Source: Macrostomum lignano
Taxonomy: Eukaryota
Direction: 5' to 3'
Assembly (NCBI GenBank): GCA_002269645.1
Contig: NIVC01000430.1
Span: 124,001-188,000 of the forward strand
DNA length: 64,000 bases
The position numbers and the translations under genes are program-made. The notes under the pieces are model-generated. The model was not told where the DNA came from, made no database searches, and saw only the letters and a program-made list of their open reading frames with translations. Each line of letters starts with the position of its first letter. Position 1 is the stretch's first letter. Below are positions 10,801 to 22,036 of the stretch, one piece after another.

Positions 10801-13800
10801 ACACTATATTTTTTAGAGAAAAAATTCTTAAAAATTATGAGAGTTTTACTAAACTTCAAAGAAACTGTTTCTGCTAAAAACTATTATTCTTTGTTTTACT
10901 TTTGTTTTGAAATTTTCCGGCATAAAAACAATCTTCCGGACTATGAAAAGTAGGAGAAGTTGAGCCCGCATGCACCACATGGCACATAACCATGTTGAAT
11001 GCATGTACAAGTCAAATCCTGTCTGTGATTCTTTGGCAAACAGCTTCTTACGCAAGTGCATACAATAATGAAGCGCGCACACACCTTTAAGAGCGCGCAA
11101 GTAGGCTTCTTTTCAGTGCGCAAGCACGCACGAATTTGTCAAGTGCACACAAACGCGCAACAACTTTTGTGCAAAAATTCTATCCTGGAATCTGGGGCAC
11201 CAAAATACATGGAAACCTACTATACTATACTAAATAATCGGCAATCTTCAAGTTTTGTTCGTTAAATTATTTTTTCGATGATTTCTGAACTATCTTGCTC
11301 TGAGATGATTATTTTCGAGCTCTCCAGTGTACTGAGCCCTTTCCTAGCTGAGAAAGTAGCAGCTTTGTTAATATTAACCTCTAATGTACCATAAAGCCAG
11401 AAATATAAGATGCAAACAAGCAAAGCTAACATGTAACGCTGAGTACAAACAGACAGAAATAGTAACACAGTGGGGTATAACAGGGGCAGTAGTAGCAGTC
11501 CAGTTCAGTAGCAACAGTTTAAACTCAATGCTTAGACATTATAGTTCCCAAATGGATTGACAAGGTGCAGACGGCGCCATATGAACTTATCCAGGTAGGT
11601 TTCAAACAGGGCCTGTGATGTACCATGCATTGCCCTTAGCTTGGCCTTGCAATGTGCCCAGGTGCCCTCGATAAGGTTCGTATGTACAGTTGGGTCTTGA
11701 GGGTTCACGAAGGCCAATCAATGGTTCACCACCACATGGTTCTGCAGTTGGCCATAAGCCTGCCAGCCGTCGGTAATAATCCGTGTACCAGGAAGCACAT
11801 ACTGCTGGATGATTGGCAGTAGTGTGGCAGCTGTCCTGTTGGGCACAGCAACTAGGGTTGCCTTCCTGGAACCACGCTCAACCATGCCCAACACCCATTG
11901 GCCCGGCCAATGTGCACCCTGGTGATACTTACAATGGAAGAAATACGACTCGTCCACTTCTACATCCCAGCCAGCACCACCAAGCTGCATTGGATGGTCC
12001 AATAGGTATTGGGTACAGACATCCCAGATGAAGTTCTGCCAGTCAACCGTAGACTAGGGACTGACCTGGGCTTGACGTGCGCACTCATGCTGCCTGGCTT
12101 CTGTCGCCCACCAGTAGATGAGGTCCAGTAGCTGACATAGCTTGAGGTGACTCCGTTCAAAAAGGACCCCTTTCGGATGGACACCTGTGCACAGCAGTTG
12201 GTGCAAGCCCAAGCGTAGCCATCAGTAAAGCGGTCACCTTGACGGAGCTGCAGCCAAAGTTGAGTGGCCGGACAATTGACACACACTTGCTGGTTGGCAA
12301 TTAGATGGTACTTGGCCATCCAATTCATGGTATCCCTTGTTGTTGCCATAATCACAGCCAGTTCCCGCATTGTCAAGGTGATGTCGCACAAAGCTGCAGC
12401 TGGTTGCACTTGTGCTACTGGTACAATAAAAGTGGGTGCCGCTGGTCGTCCTACCATAGTGTATTAGCTGCTTGTCTATTAACTGCTTATGATACTACTC
12501 CATGCCACTCCTAAAGCTGTGTACAGTAGCATCTTTATTCCCCATAGACGTTCTTTGCTAAAATGCCACATCAGTGAAAGCTACCGTAACTGTAATATGG
12601 GCCATAGACATTCCTTTGCCTACCAACAGCTTTACAGTACATTAGATATATAATATTAACAAAGCTGTTACTTTCTCAGCTAGGAAAGGGCTCAGTACAC
12701 TGGAGAGCTCGAAAATAATCATCTCAGAGCAAGATAGTTCAGAAATCGTCGAAAAAATAATTTAACGAACGAAACTTGAAGATTGCCAAATAATCTATTA
12801 TTGCAATAAAGTTAATTTTGAAGTTATGGCAATAATTTAGGTTTTTAAATCCAAACATACTAAAAATTTTTACCTCTATTAGTGAAAAAGTAGGGCCTAA
12901 ACCAAAATCAATAATGTATATATGGTGAAATCCAAAAATCGGGGGCAAGTTTTATGAAAATTCGTTTTTTGGCAATTTGAAAGCAATAAAGCTATAAAAT
13001 AAATTTATTCAAGTTTTTAAAAGGTAAAAAAGTCTATTAAAGCACAAATTATTTTTGTATAGCTTTATTTTTAATAAAATAATTTGTTAAAACGGTAAGT
13101 TTAATTACGACCTAAATGAGTCTAATGAAAATGATAGAAAAGCTATAATAATGCATTTTAATAACTTTAACTATCTTATAATGTTACACTCTATAATTCT
13201 ACAACACATTTAACATTATTTTCAAGGGTTTATTTGTTTATCACTTTTGTTACTCTTGACAACGTGTATTTTGTAGAGTTCGTTTGCAATAAATTGTGTT
13301 CAACGTAAGTTTATTATTTAAACATACAAATTCCCATAAGGATCGGAAAATTGCATTTTACTCAGCTTCTACTAAAGCGATTTGGAAAATTCTTTTTTTC
13401 CTGCATACACACCGCGATGATACATGTTTTAGTGTAATTTCATTGTTCTTCGTCGCTTAATGAGCATACAGTAAGCATCTGATTTGGAAGCCGGGTAACA
13501 CATTGGAATTCCCATAAGGATTGGAAAATTGCATTTTACTCAGCTTCTACTAAAGCGATTTGGAGAATTCTTTTTTCCTGCATACACGCCGCGATGATAC
13601 ATGTTTTAGTGTAAATTCGTTGTTCTTTGTTGCTTAATGAGCATACAGTAAGCATCTGATTTGGAAGCCGGGTAACACATTGGAATTCCCATAAGGATTG
13701 GAAAATTGCATTTTACTCAGCTTCTACTAAAGCAATTTGGAAAATTCTTTTTTCCTGCATATACACTGCAATGAAACATGTTTTAGTGTAATTTCATTGT

Positions 13801-15477
13801 TCTTCGTCGCTTAATGAGCATACAGTAAGCATCTGATTTGGATGCTGGGTTCACATTTTGTGGTACCATTTTTTACCTAAAATTTTTAAGTCTAAATATA
13901 GGCATATTTCAAATACTAATACTATGCAAGTTAATATTCAAATGAAAGAAAACAACTTAAAGATTATTTTGCAACAAGGAATTAGCGATATATTTACTTT
14001 TAGAGAAAGATGTTTGCTGGCAAACTTTGCACTTTATATCCCTATTGGAATAAATGTTAAAAACCCGCGGACGCGCGCTTTAGAAAAGAGTCAAACTATT
14101 TTACCGCACTTTAGGATTATTAGAAATGTTCCGAAAGATCTGCAGTTTTGTCAAAATCAAAATTCGCTAACTTTCCAAAATCAAAATTGAAATTTCCCGA
14201 AATCATAATTCAGAAAAACAAAGTTTAGTATGATCAACACTCACTTTTTTACTTTCAATTTATTGCTTAAGCAAAAAGTAGTACATGTATATGTAGTAGA
14301 AAGTAGTTTATTTTTAGCGACTTTTTAGACACAACCAAAATTTTCACTTCTAAATTTTATTTCGAAATTGAAATTCGCTCTAAAAAATTTCAAATTTTGG
14401 AAAATTGAAATTGAATTTTCGGAACATCTCTAAGCTTAATAAATTACGAGTGTATAAGCCCCTTCAACAGAGGTATTATACCCATTTCCATGTATATGTA
14501 TTTGCTAGAGCAGAAGCCAGTAAGAAAGGGCAGCGCGCGCAGGCGCTGCGCCTGTACGCGCGCTGCGCTTTAGAAAAATTTCAAAAGTGCGCCGGACACC
14601 GTCCGCGGTTTTACAACTTTTTCCTATAGGGCTTTATATTAGTATGAATTTTCGCGAGTTTATGTGGTTTTAGAAAAACTTTGAAATCCTTAGAAATACT
14701 TCATCTTTTTGAATTGAATAAAAAGTAAAACACAGATTACTTTCTGTTTTGTAAGTAGTAAAAAAATTAGCCTTCTCTAAGGCCTACAAGTCTTAAAATT
14801 AATTGTTTAATAATGAAAAAAGTGAAACAAAAAATTGCAAATCAGTCAACTCGGACTTTCAAAATGATTTTTTTTTGGTTTTTTCTTATTTATTCAACAA
14901 TATAAAGCATGAAAACAATAGTTTTTATCCAGAACTATTTTCTAAAGACCTATCTATCTTTCAAAAACCTTTTTTAGATACATTACTTTCCATCAAATGT
15001 CCGCAGATTTGTTTTACCGTTTTATCCCATGTTTTTGGATTTCGCAATATATTATTTTGTTTTACTAATTATTTTTCTTTTTTATGATATAGATTATAGG
15101 TTTCATTTTCTGCAGCAATTATTTGCTATATTTACTGCTTGTTGCATTGGTTATGTGCTTGTTAATTTTTGGTGGCATACAATTTACCTGAACACTAAAT
15201 TGGTATAAATTAGCCTACTGGCTGGCATGGCATACACTTCACTAGATAGGCCTAATACTTTACTTACTTACAGCGTGCATATAACACAATTGGCAATATG
15301 GCATGTGCCCTATTTAGTGCATGCTATATATATAATATCAGGTATATGAGTGCCATAAGATAAAAAATACATAACAGAACTAAAGGCAAAGAGACTAATA
15401 TACTCACCATCATAACGTTCTGCTTGTTCAGAAAGTTTAGCAAAATAAACTTTGTCTTCACGATCTTCCTGAGACAT
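7829..15477 (-). CDS. YWHAE: 14-3-3 protein epsilon-like; coding exons 15477-15408, 8810-8154, 7875-7829 (257 aa)
   Basis: Exon 1 [23 protein letters not shown](G|gtgag), exon 2 (cag|AA ATG GTG...[20 protein letters not shown]...[23 protein letters not shown]|gtgag), exon 3 (cag|AC...[15 protein letters not shown]). All junctions GT-AG and phase-consistent (70+657+47 bp). Confidence 0.96.
7935..8045. repeat. 25-bp repeat TTAGTGAGACACCTTCACTGAAGGA x4 in 14-3-3 intron 2, each with an internal palindrome CCTTCA-C-TGAAGG
   Basis: Directly visible. Confidence 0.9.
10021..10477 (+). mobile_element. Non-autonomous Merlin-derived fold-back element (MITE), 457 bp
   Basis: 8-bp TSD CAAATGCA (10013-10020 and 10478-10485); GGCA termini; about 110-bp inverted repeats; the interior encodes a decayed N-terminal Merlin transposase fragment ([12 protein letters not shown]...[14 protein letters not shown]...IRKGSF) homologous to the element at 11240-12787. 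Confidence 0.9.
10665..11188. mobile_element. MITE with 8-bp TSD and 18-bp imperfect TIRs, superfamily unassigned (524 bp)
   Basis: TSD AATCTGGG (10657-10664 and 11189-11196); TIR CCAGGATGGAATTCTTGC versus reverse complement CCAGGATAGAATTTTTGC; no ORF. Confidence 0.8.
11240..12787 (-). mobile_element. Full-length Merlin (IS1016/IS1595-ISXO2-like) DNA transposon, 1548 bp, transposase inactivated
   Basis: 8-bp TSD AAATAATC (11232-11239 and 12788-12795); 137-bp near-perfect TIRs (11240-11376 and 12651-12787) starting GG; internal DDE transposase motifs VEVDES, QWVLG.VER, TLLPII, IITDGW.AY, VNH, HTN.IEG.W, Y.D.F.WR. Confidence 0.95.
11532..12457 (-). pseudogene. Merlin transposase pseudogene (N-terminal CxxC zinc ribbon plus DDE domain)
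   Basis: The frame is restored by one extra T in the T-run near 12163 (SIRKGSFFERSHL...); in-frame TAG near 12055 and TGA at 11718-11720. Confidence 0.9.
13329..13855. repeat. About 177-bp tandem repeat x3
   Basis: AATTCCCATAAGGAT.GGAAAATTGCATTTTACTCAGC... recurs near 13330, 13508 and 13685. Confidence 0.92.
14040..14631. mobile_element. MITE with 8-bp TSD and about 33-bp imperfect TIRs starting CCCTAT, superfamily unassigned (592 bp)
   Basis: TSD CTTTATAT (14032-14039 and 14632-14639); left CCCTATTGGAATAAATGTTAAAAACCCGCGGAC versus right reverse complement CCCTATAGGAAAAAGTTGTAAAACCGCGGAC; internal GC hairpin at 14530-14566. Confidence 0.82.
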
Positions 15478-17906
15478 TTTGTTATTGCTAATCTGGAAAT
15501 ACAAAAAATTATATAAAAACGAGTCTGAGAGCTAAAATTGCGAGATCTTTCACTACACAAGCAGTAATAAATTGACAAACCGTGTTGTAAGGATTTCGCC
15601 TGTGTTTATCAATTTTAAATCAAAGCAATTGTGTGCGTAATAATAAAAACTTAGTAAAACAAAGTTTAAAACGTTTTCATACAAAAAGTTTTAATGCCAA
15701 AATGCTTTATGTTTAAGTTTTATAACACTTAAGATTTGTCTTTTTTTCCTATAATATATAAAAATTTTGTCAAAAACAAATAATTAACGACGTCTGCTAC
15801 TTCCAGGACACTGTCAACACTCGAAGAAAGTTAATTGGCCTTGCGAACCTGAAGAAATCTAATTTTTGAGCAAATTCTGAATCTAAACATATAGTTAAAA
15901 AAATTAACTACATGTTCTGCATACCATGGCCATGACTAATTAAGGAAGCTAAATTGGATCGACACACACTAAACGGTTATAAATACCTTCGCTGGCTTAG
16001 AGTGTTAAGTGGTACTTTCTCTGTTAAAGGTTTGCGACAATAGTGGCTCGAAACGACTATTGAAGCATCGAAGATTTCATTACCAGCAGATACTTTAAAA
16101 TTCTAGCAACCTTAAACAAATAACATTAATAACATTAAGTAGTAATTTGAATGTGTTATAAATTCTTATTTAAAAAAATAACATGTTCACTGCAAGTGCA
16201 AAATACAGTGAAATATGTACTAAAAGCTAATTAAATAATTTTTACCACTCTCCTAATTATATTACATTAGACTGTTCTATTTCTGATATATATGTGTTGT
16301 ATAACAGCAAATAAAGAACAGTTGTGTGATACGAATGTACAAACCAAAATCGTTTGTAGACCGTATTTTAAGAGGCCCTGAAAAGAAAAAATCATAAAAC
16401 AGTTGGATAACAGATGAGTTTATCGTTTTTGGTTCTTTAGTTGATATTTCATTGTTAGTTATATAGATTTTCTGCACTTTCAAAAATTTTCTTACGAATA
16501 AAAATGCAATATAAAATACAACTTTAAGTTAATACATTTAATTTTCAGACCTGTTGTTGATGCTTAATTTTATGCAATTGATCGAAAACTACATGCATTG
16601 ACTTTAAAGTTAAACTTTAGCTTTAAAAGTTTGTGTGCATTATAAAAGACCTCACAGATGTATATTATTTATTTTCCAAAATAATATTCTATTGTTTGGC
16701 AACCAAAAGAACAAAATAAATGTTATGCAATCCTTAATGCTTAAAATTCTTTTTTAAGAGAATAGAAATTTACGGAAAAGAATTTTAAATAAAAAATGGC
16801 TTGTACAAGTAAAAAGTATCCACACGAACATGCTCTGTACTCGACGAAGAACAGTAATTTATTTGTACATGGGTTTTAAATACTAAATGAAATTTGTCCG
16901 CACAGGATTAATTATGGAATTTTGCTCTACATGTAGTTACAATTTATTATTTAAGAAAGACAAGAAAGTACAGAGGCAGCAAATATTTATATATGTACAG
17001 AAACAGGAAAAACTAACTGAATAGTATAGCAGAAAAAAAACAAAAATCCTAACTAAACAACATCAGGCAGCAGACTAAAAGCCATTGATATTATCGGATA
17101 ATAATTATTTAACTAAGAAAATATTAATTATTTCTTTATTTAATTCAAGTAACGAAAAAAGTTCTGTGTATTTAAACTGCAGACTTTTGATACACTAGTG
17201 ATGATACTACAGAATAAAGTAGTAGTATACTTATTTTATATTTTTGACAGCAAAACCGAAAAAAATTCGCACCTGATACTACCTTATGACGCAACGGATT
17301 AGTAAGTAGCTGGATAAACATTAACAGCACATAAAAATGCAGTAGCACGCCGTGTTGACAACAACTTGACATAGTCTATTTAAACAATTTTTGTTGAAAA
17401 TAAACTGCTTGAAAGTAATGAAGCGTGCTTAAAATTGATTTTTACACGCCTAGAAAAAAACAAGACGCTACTTGAATAAAACACAGCGTTTATACGCTAG
17501 TACAGAATATCAGATTTCCCGTCACTGCTGCGCAAAAGTGAAGAGGTACAGGCACTTTTTCAGCAAAAAAGCAACATTTTCAATACGCTAAAGACTGGCT
17601 TGACTTGCATTGATTTTTTAGCGTTTTTCGGACCTCTTTTCTCACACAAGGTAGACTCAAGTAGGACGGGGAACTACGCAAGCTTCTTGGAAAGTTTTAT
17701 GAAGCAGGTTTTACCGAAAAGACATTTCTATAGAGCTGTAGAATTTCATTTTTTCAGCACAAAAATTGGCATTTCCTTATAATAGGAGGTAGACCTTATG
17801 TTTATAATATGCTAATTTTAAATTTTACAAAACATTGAATTTTAAGTGAGAAAATGAGGTTTCACACAATTAATCCCACACCAAGTAGTTTTAAACAAGG
17901 TCTAGG

Positions 17907-20900
17907 CTACAATTCCATGTCTTCAGCTGGTTCGGCGTCGCTAAACTCCGACATCGAGCTCTCGTCGTCGTCGTTGTTGCTTACTTGAGCAGCACCGTCG
18001 GCGGCGGCAGCTACGTGAGCACCATTTGTTGATGAAGCTCCGCCAGCAGCTGTTGCAGCTGACGATGCAGAGGCGCCGCTATCGCCGCCAGCCCGACTGT
18101 CCTCACCTGGCAGGCGCTGCAGCGATCGCAGAGCGGCTTCTGTAGCGTACAGTTGAACATATTCGCGCACCTTGGCTCGATAATCCTCTGGCCGATGCAG
18201 ATAGAGCGAAGCTGCAGCTCCATTTAGCGGATCCATTGGGTTTGGATAAGCCAGGAGCTGGGGCAGAAACGACTCGAATATGTTTGTCAGGTCTGCATTG
18301 GTTGTGTTTTTTAGCTTACATGAAGGCTGAGAATCGGCCTTGGGTACGTGTTGGTTTTATTGCGCTCATAAGTTTGCTCAGACAACTGACTCATTCACTT
18401 AAAGATCTGTGGTTAGTCACTATTTTGAGTAAGAGTAAGAATGCCAATACAAAAGTTCCACCTAGAGTCCTAGACTACCAGATTCTCAAAGTAAGATTCT
18501 AAGAGTGAGACTCTCAGAGTAAGATTCTAAGAGTGAGACTCCCAGATAAGATACTAAAATGAGACTCCCCGAGTAGGATTCTAAGAGTGAGACTCCCGAG
18601 TAAGATTCTAAGAGTGAGACTCCCGAGTAAGATTCTAAGAGTGAGACTCTCAGAGTAAGATACTAAGATGAGACTCTCAGAGTAAGATACTAAGAGTGAG
18701 ACTCCCCGATTATAAGATTCTAAGAGTGAGACTCTCAGAGTAAGATTCTAAGAGTGAGACTCCCAGAGTAAGATACTAAAATGAGACTCCCCGAGTAAGA
18801 TTCTAAAAGTGAGACTCCCCGGGTAAGATTCTAAGAGTGAGACTCTCGAGTAAGATTCTAAGAGTGAGACTCTCGAGTAAGATTCTAAGAGTGAGACTCT
18901 CGAGTAAGATTCTAAGAGTGAGACTCCCAGAGTAAGATACTAAAATCCAAGTATACTAAATCTCTTAAGATACTAAAAGTGAGACTCCCCGAGTAAGATT
19001 CTAAGAGTGACTCTCAGAGTAAGATACTAAGAGTGAGACTCTCGAGTAAGATTCTAAGAGTAAGATTATAAGAACAAATTCTCCCAGGTATGAATCATAT
19101 ATAGACATGCAAACTGCGCCAAAATCAATGATACAGGAACTCGTTAAATGACTTAAACATCAATAATTCTATCTCTTGGTAGGGGGTTCGATTCTCGACC
19201 TACTCCCACTCTCTTGTGTCATTTATAATGACACAATTGTGTCATTGAGCAAAGCACTTAGCTCTGCATTGCTTCAATTCACCACAGCTGTAAAGTGGGT
19301 GCCAGCATTAGGTGGGGTAATTGAGGGTGAGTGTGGTGACCCTCCAGTCCTTGGACTAAACAGCCATATGCAGTTTTCAGATGCATTACACAATAGCTGC
19401 AGCTGAGCTGTTGGTTCCACATCTGCCCATCAGGACAGGCTTAATAAATTGTTTTTAATTAATGCATTAATTTGGATTGTGACAAAAAGATAAATAGATT
19501 TTGGTTTACCATACAGAGCAGACCAGGTTTGGTTAATAACATCTAGACAAACAGAACCAGATCTGGAAAAATAAAAAAATACTTAATATTTTAATTAGTT
19601 AGAAGAAAATATGATTTACAAAAACTTTCATAACACAATTTTACTTACGCTTCATCAATGTTAGGATGAAATATTCTGTTCATAAAGCCTAAAAAGAATG
19701 AATCAAAGATGGAGCATTGAATATCTAGTTGTTAATAATCAATAATAATTACAACAAATACTTACCAATTGATGGGGACTTGAATGGATATCGATCAGGT
19801 AAATCTACTCGAACTTTCCAGACTCCACCCTCATAAGGTGCTGCAAATTTATTGTATTTGAAAGTGTTTTAAATAACTGTTATTTAAGATATACTTGAAA
19901 AAGAAAACCACTTACAGTCAGCTGGTCCATGGAACTTGACCACAAACTCATTCAGGCCACCTAGTATTGTTACTTCATGCTTGCTTTCAACACTTTTGAA
20001 TACAGTTAAAGCAAATTGATATTTAAGGAAAATAAATACCATGGCAAAAACAATGCTTCTACAAATAAGATAAGTATATAAACCATTTTGTCATAAAATA
20101 AAAATATAAAACTTAATCATTATCTTATTAGTCAATAATTATGTATCAAAAAGACAATTTTAAAATTCTTGGAATATTTCAAAGAAATAAAAGCAAGTCA
20201 AAAAATTTATAACAATAATAATGGATTTCTAAACTCATTTAATGATTGTCTCTATTTGAATGTATAGATTAGGAAAAAACCTAATGATATTCTAAAACAA
20301 TATTAAAGAGAATTGAAATCTAGGTCAAGGACCAAATGGAAAATTTATTATATAACTAAGTTATTTATAAAGTTTTATTAGATAGTTTACCTTGTAGAGA
20401 TCTCCAAATACGATACAAAGTAAACTACTGTAAGTAGTAACATAAAAATGCGAAAAACTTGAATGTTATAAAAATTGCAAACTGTCATACTCTATTTTAA
20501 GACCGTGAATACAACGTACAACGAAGCATGAGACAAGTTGCAACAATGGTGAAATATGATGAAATAAGATAAAATCTGATGAAATATGATGAAATATGAG
20601 TCGCGCTACTAAATATATACCAAAAATTCGACTATAAATATAAGCGTAAAATCCGAGCTGAAACCTCTGACTCGGAGCAGCCTCAAAAGATCTTGTGGTT
20701 AGTTAGAGCAACTAATCGAGGCTATATCTCTGGGAGAGAAGCATATCAATTGTGAAGTGTTGTTCAAGTCTTCGTTATTTTGATTAATTGAGAGCGATTT
20801 TATTGCCGGCCGGCCGTTGCTGATCCACTGACTTTACTGAGACTATTTGAGGCCTCCCATTTTCCTAAGGGATTGGATAGGATCTGCGGACCGATTCCGA

Positions 20901-22036
20901 TACCCTTAGAGGATTACTGACTGTTGATTTGGATTATCCTAGGTTAACCGATAGGAGCACACGACTCCGATTCCGTTAGATCTAGAAGAAGACGCCCCCT
21001 TTGGAGGACCTCGCGTTAGAATTTGAGTTTATTAGGGCGCACTGTTGACACTGATTTGGCACTCGAGAAGCGTACTGAATCCCGCACTCAAGGAGATATT
21101 TCGACGTCGACTTCACTGTTCTGCTCTCACTCTCGGCCGATTTTGGACTTCGAAGACTGCAAGAAGATTCCTCCGGAGAAGATTGGAAGAAGCAAACTCT
21201 ACAAACGCGCACAACAAAGAAGAAACAAGGAACGAGCTCGAAGAACCTGCTGGACACAGAAGAAGAGCCCGCCACAGTAAGTGAACACGTTAATTTTGTT
21301 CCCAGGCTTAAGTGTCTGGAAGTGGGAGTTTTCGGGAGACTGATCACCTCCCGAATCAACTCTTCAACCTTAAGAATTTTTTGTCAATGGTTATTATCTA
21401 AATAGGTAAGGTAGTTTTAGTTAGAAGTTTATCCAAAGCATGTAATATTTGTTAAATATTATCTACAATATTGTTAGCTTTGTTGTCACTATTGTTGTGT
21501 ATTGCAATAGTGAATTGTTTAGATTATTAGAAAAATAAAAGCAATTAAAAAGATAAACTATAGGCCTATTAAGGTAAGGATAAGGAGGCCATTATCAAAT
21601 TTTTATACAATAATTATAATGTATTTTTGCTTGTTCTATAAATCTGTATACTAAAAATGTATGTACAAAAATTATAAAAATAAAAAAATATGGAATAGTT
21701 TGTTTAAGTTAGTTAGGCCTAAAAGTATAAAAAATACTTATTACTATATTTAAACTATTTCAGTTAAAAATTTTCATGATTTTGGTAACAAAAGCTGGGT
21801 CCTATAAATCTTCTGAGTTGATAAATGAAATTGATAGTAATAATTGAAATAATAAAGAATATAATTATTTTTTGTGGTTTCTAATAGGTATAATTTTTAA
21901 GAGTAGGCCTAATGTACCAGTAGATTGTATGAAGTCTGCAAAAAGAACAGTTATAAAATCGATACAACTTTTGCAAAGGATACAGTTTAATTACATCAGT
22001 GTCCATTCGTCTCTTCCCGGGGCTAGGTGATGACAT
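17907..22036 (-). CDS. UBE2H: Ubiquitin-conjugating enzyme E2 H; exons 22036-21984, 19992-19916, 19840-19766, 19688-19649, 19562-19510, 18292-17907 (227 aa)
   Basis: [18 protein letters not shown]|[23 protein letters not shown]..|[25 protein letters not shown]|[13 protein letters not shown]|[17 protein letters not shown]|[24 protein letters not shown]...SSMSEFS..EDMEL*. All GT-AG, phases consistent, catalytic Cys present. Confidence 0.97.
18490..19070. repeat. About 27-28-bp minisatellite (GAGTAAGATTCTAAGAGTGAGACTCYC) in UBE2H intron 5
   Basis: Directly visible. Confidence 0.93.
19170..19450 (+). mobile_element. Degenerate tRNA-derived SINE with CORE-like central domain
   Basis: B-box GGTTCGATTCT (19185-19195) followed by TGTGTCATTGAGCAAAGCACTTAGCTCTG...AGCTGTAAAGTGGG, which resembles my recollection of the MIR CORE consensus (TGTGTGACCTTGGGCAAGTCACTTAACCTC...CTGTAAAATGGG). 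A-box not recognisable. Confidence 0.55.

Noticed and set aside
15478-17906. UBE2H and 14-3-3 as an operon
   Set aside because: The 2.4-kb AT-rich gap leaves room for a normal 3'-UTR and promoter; no positive evidence.
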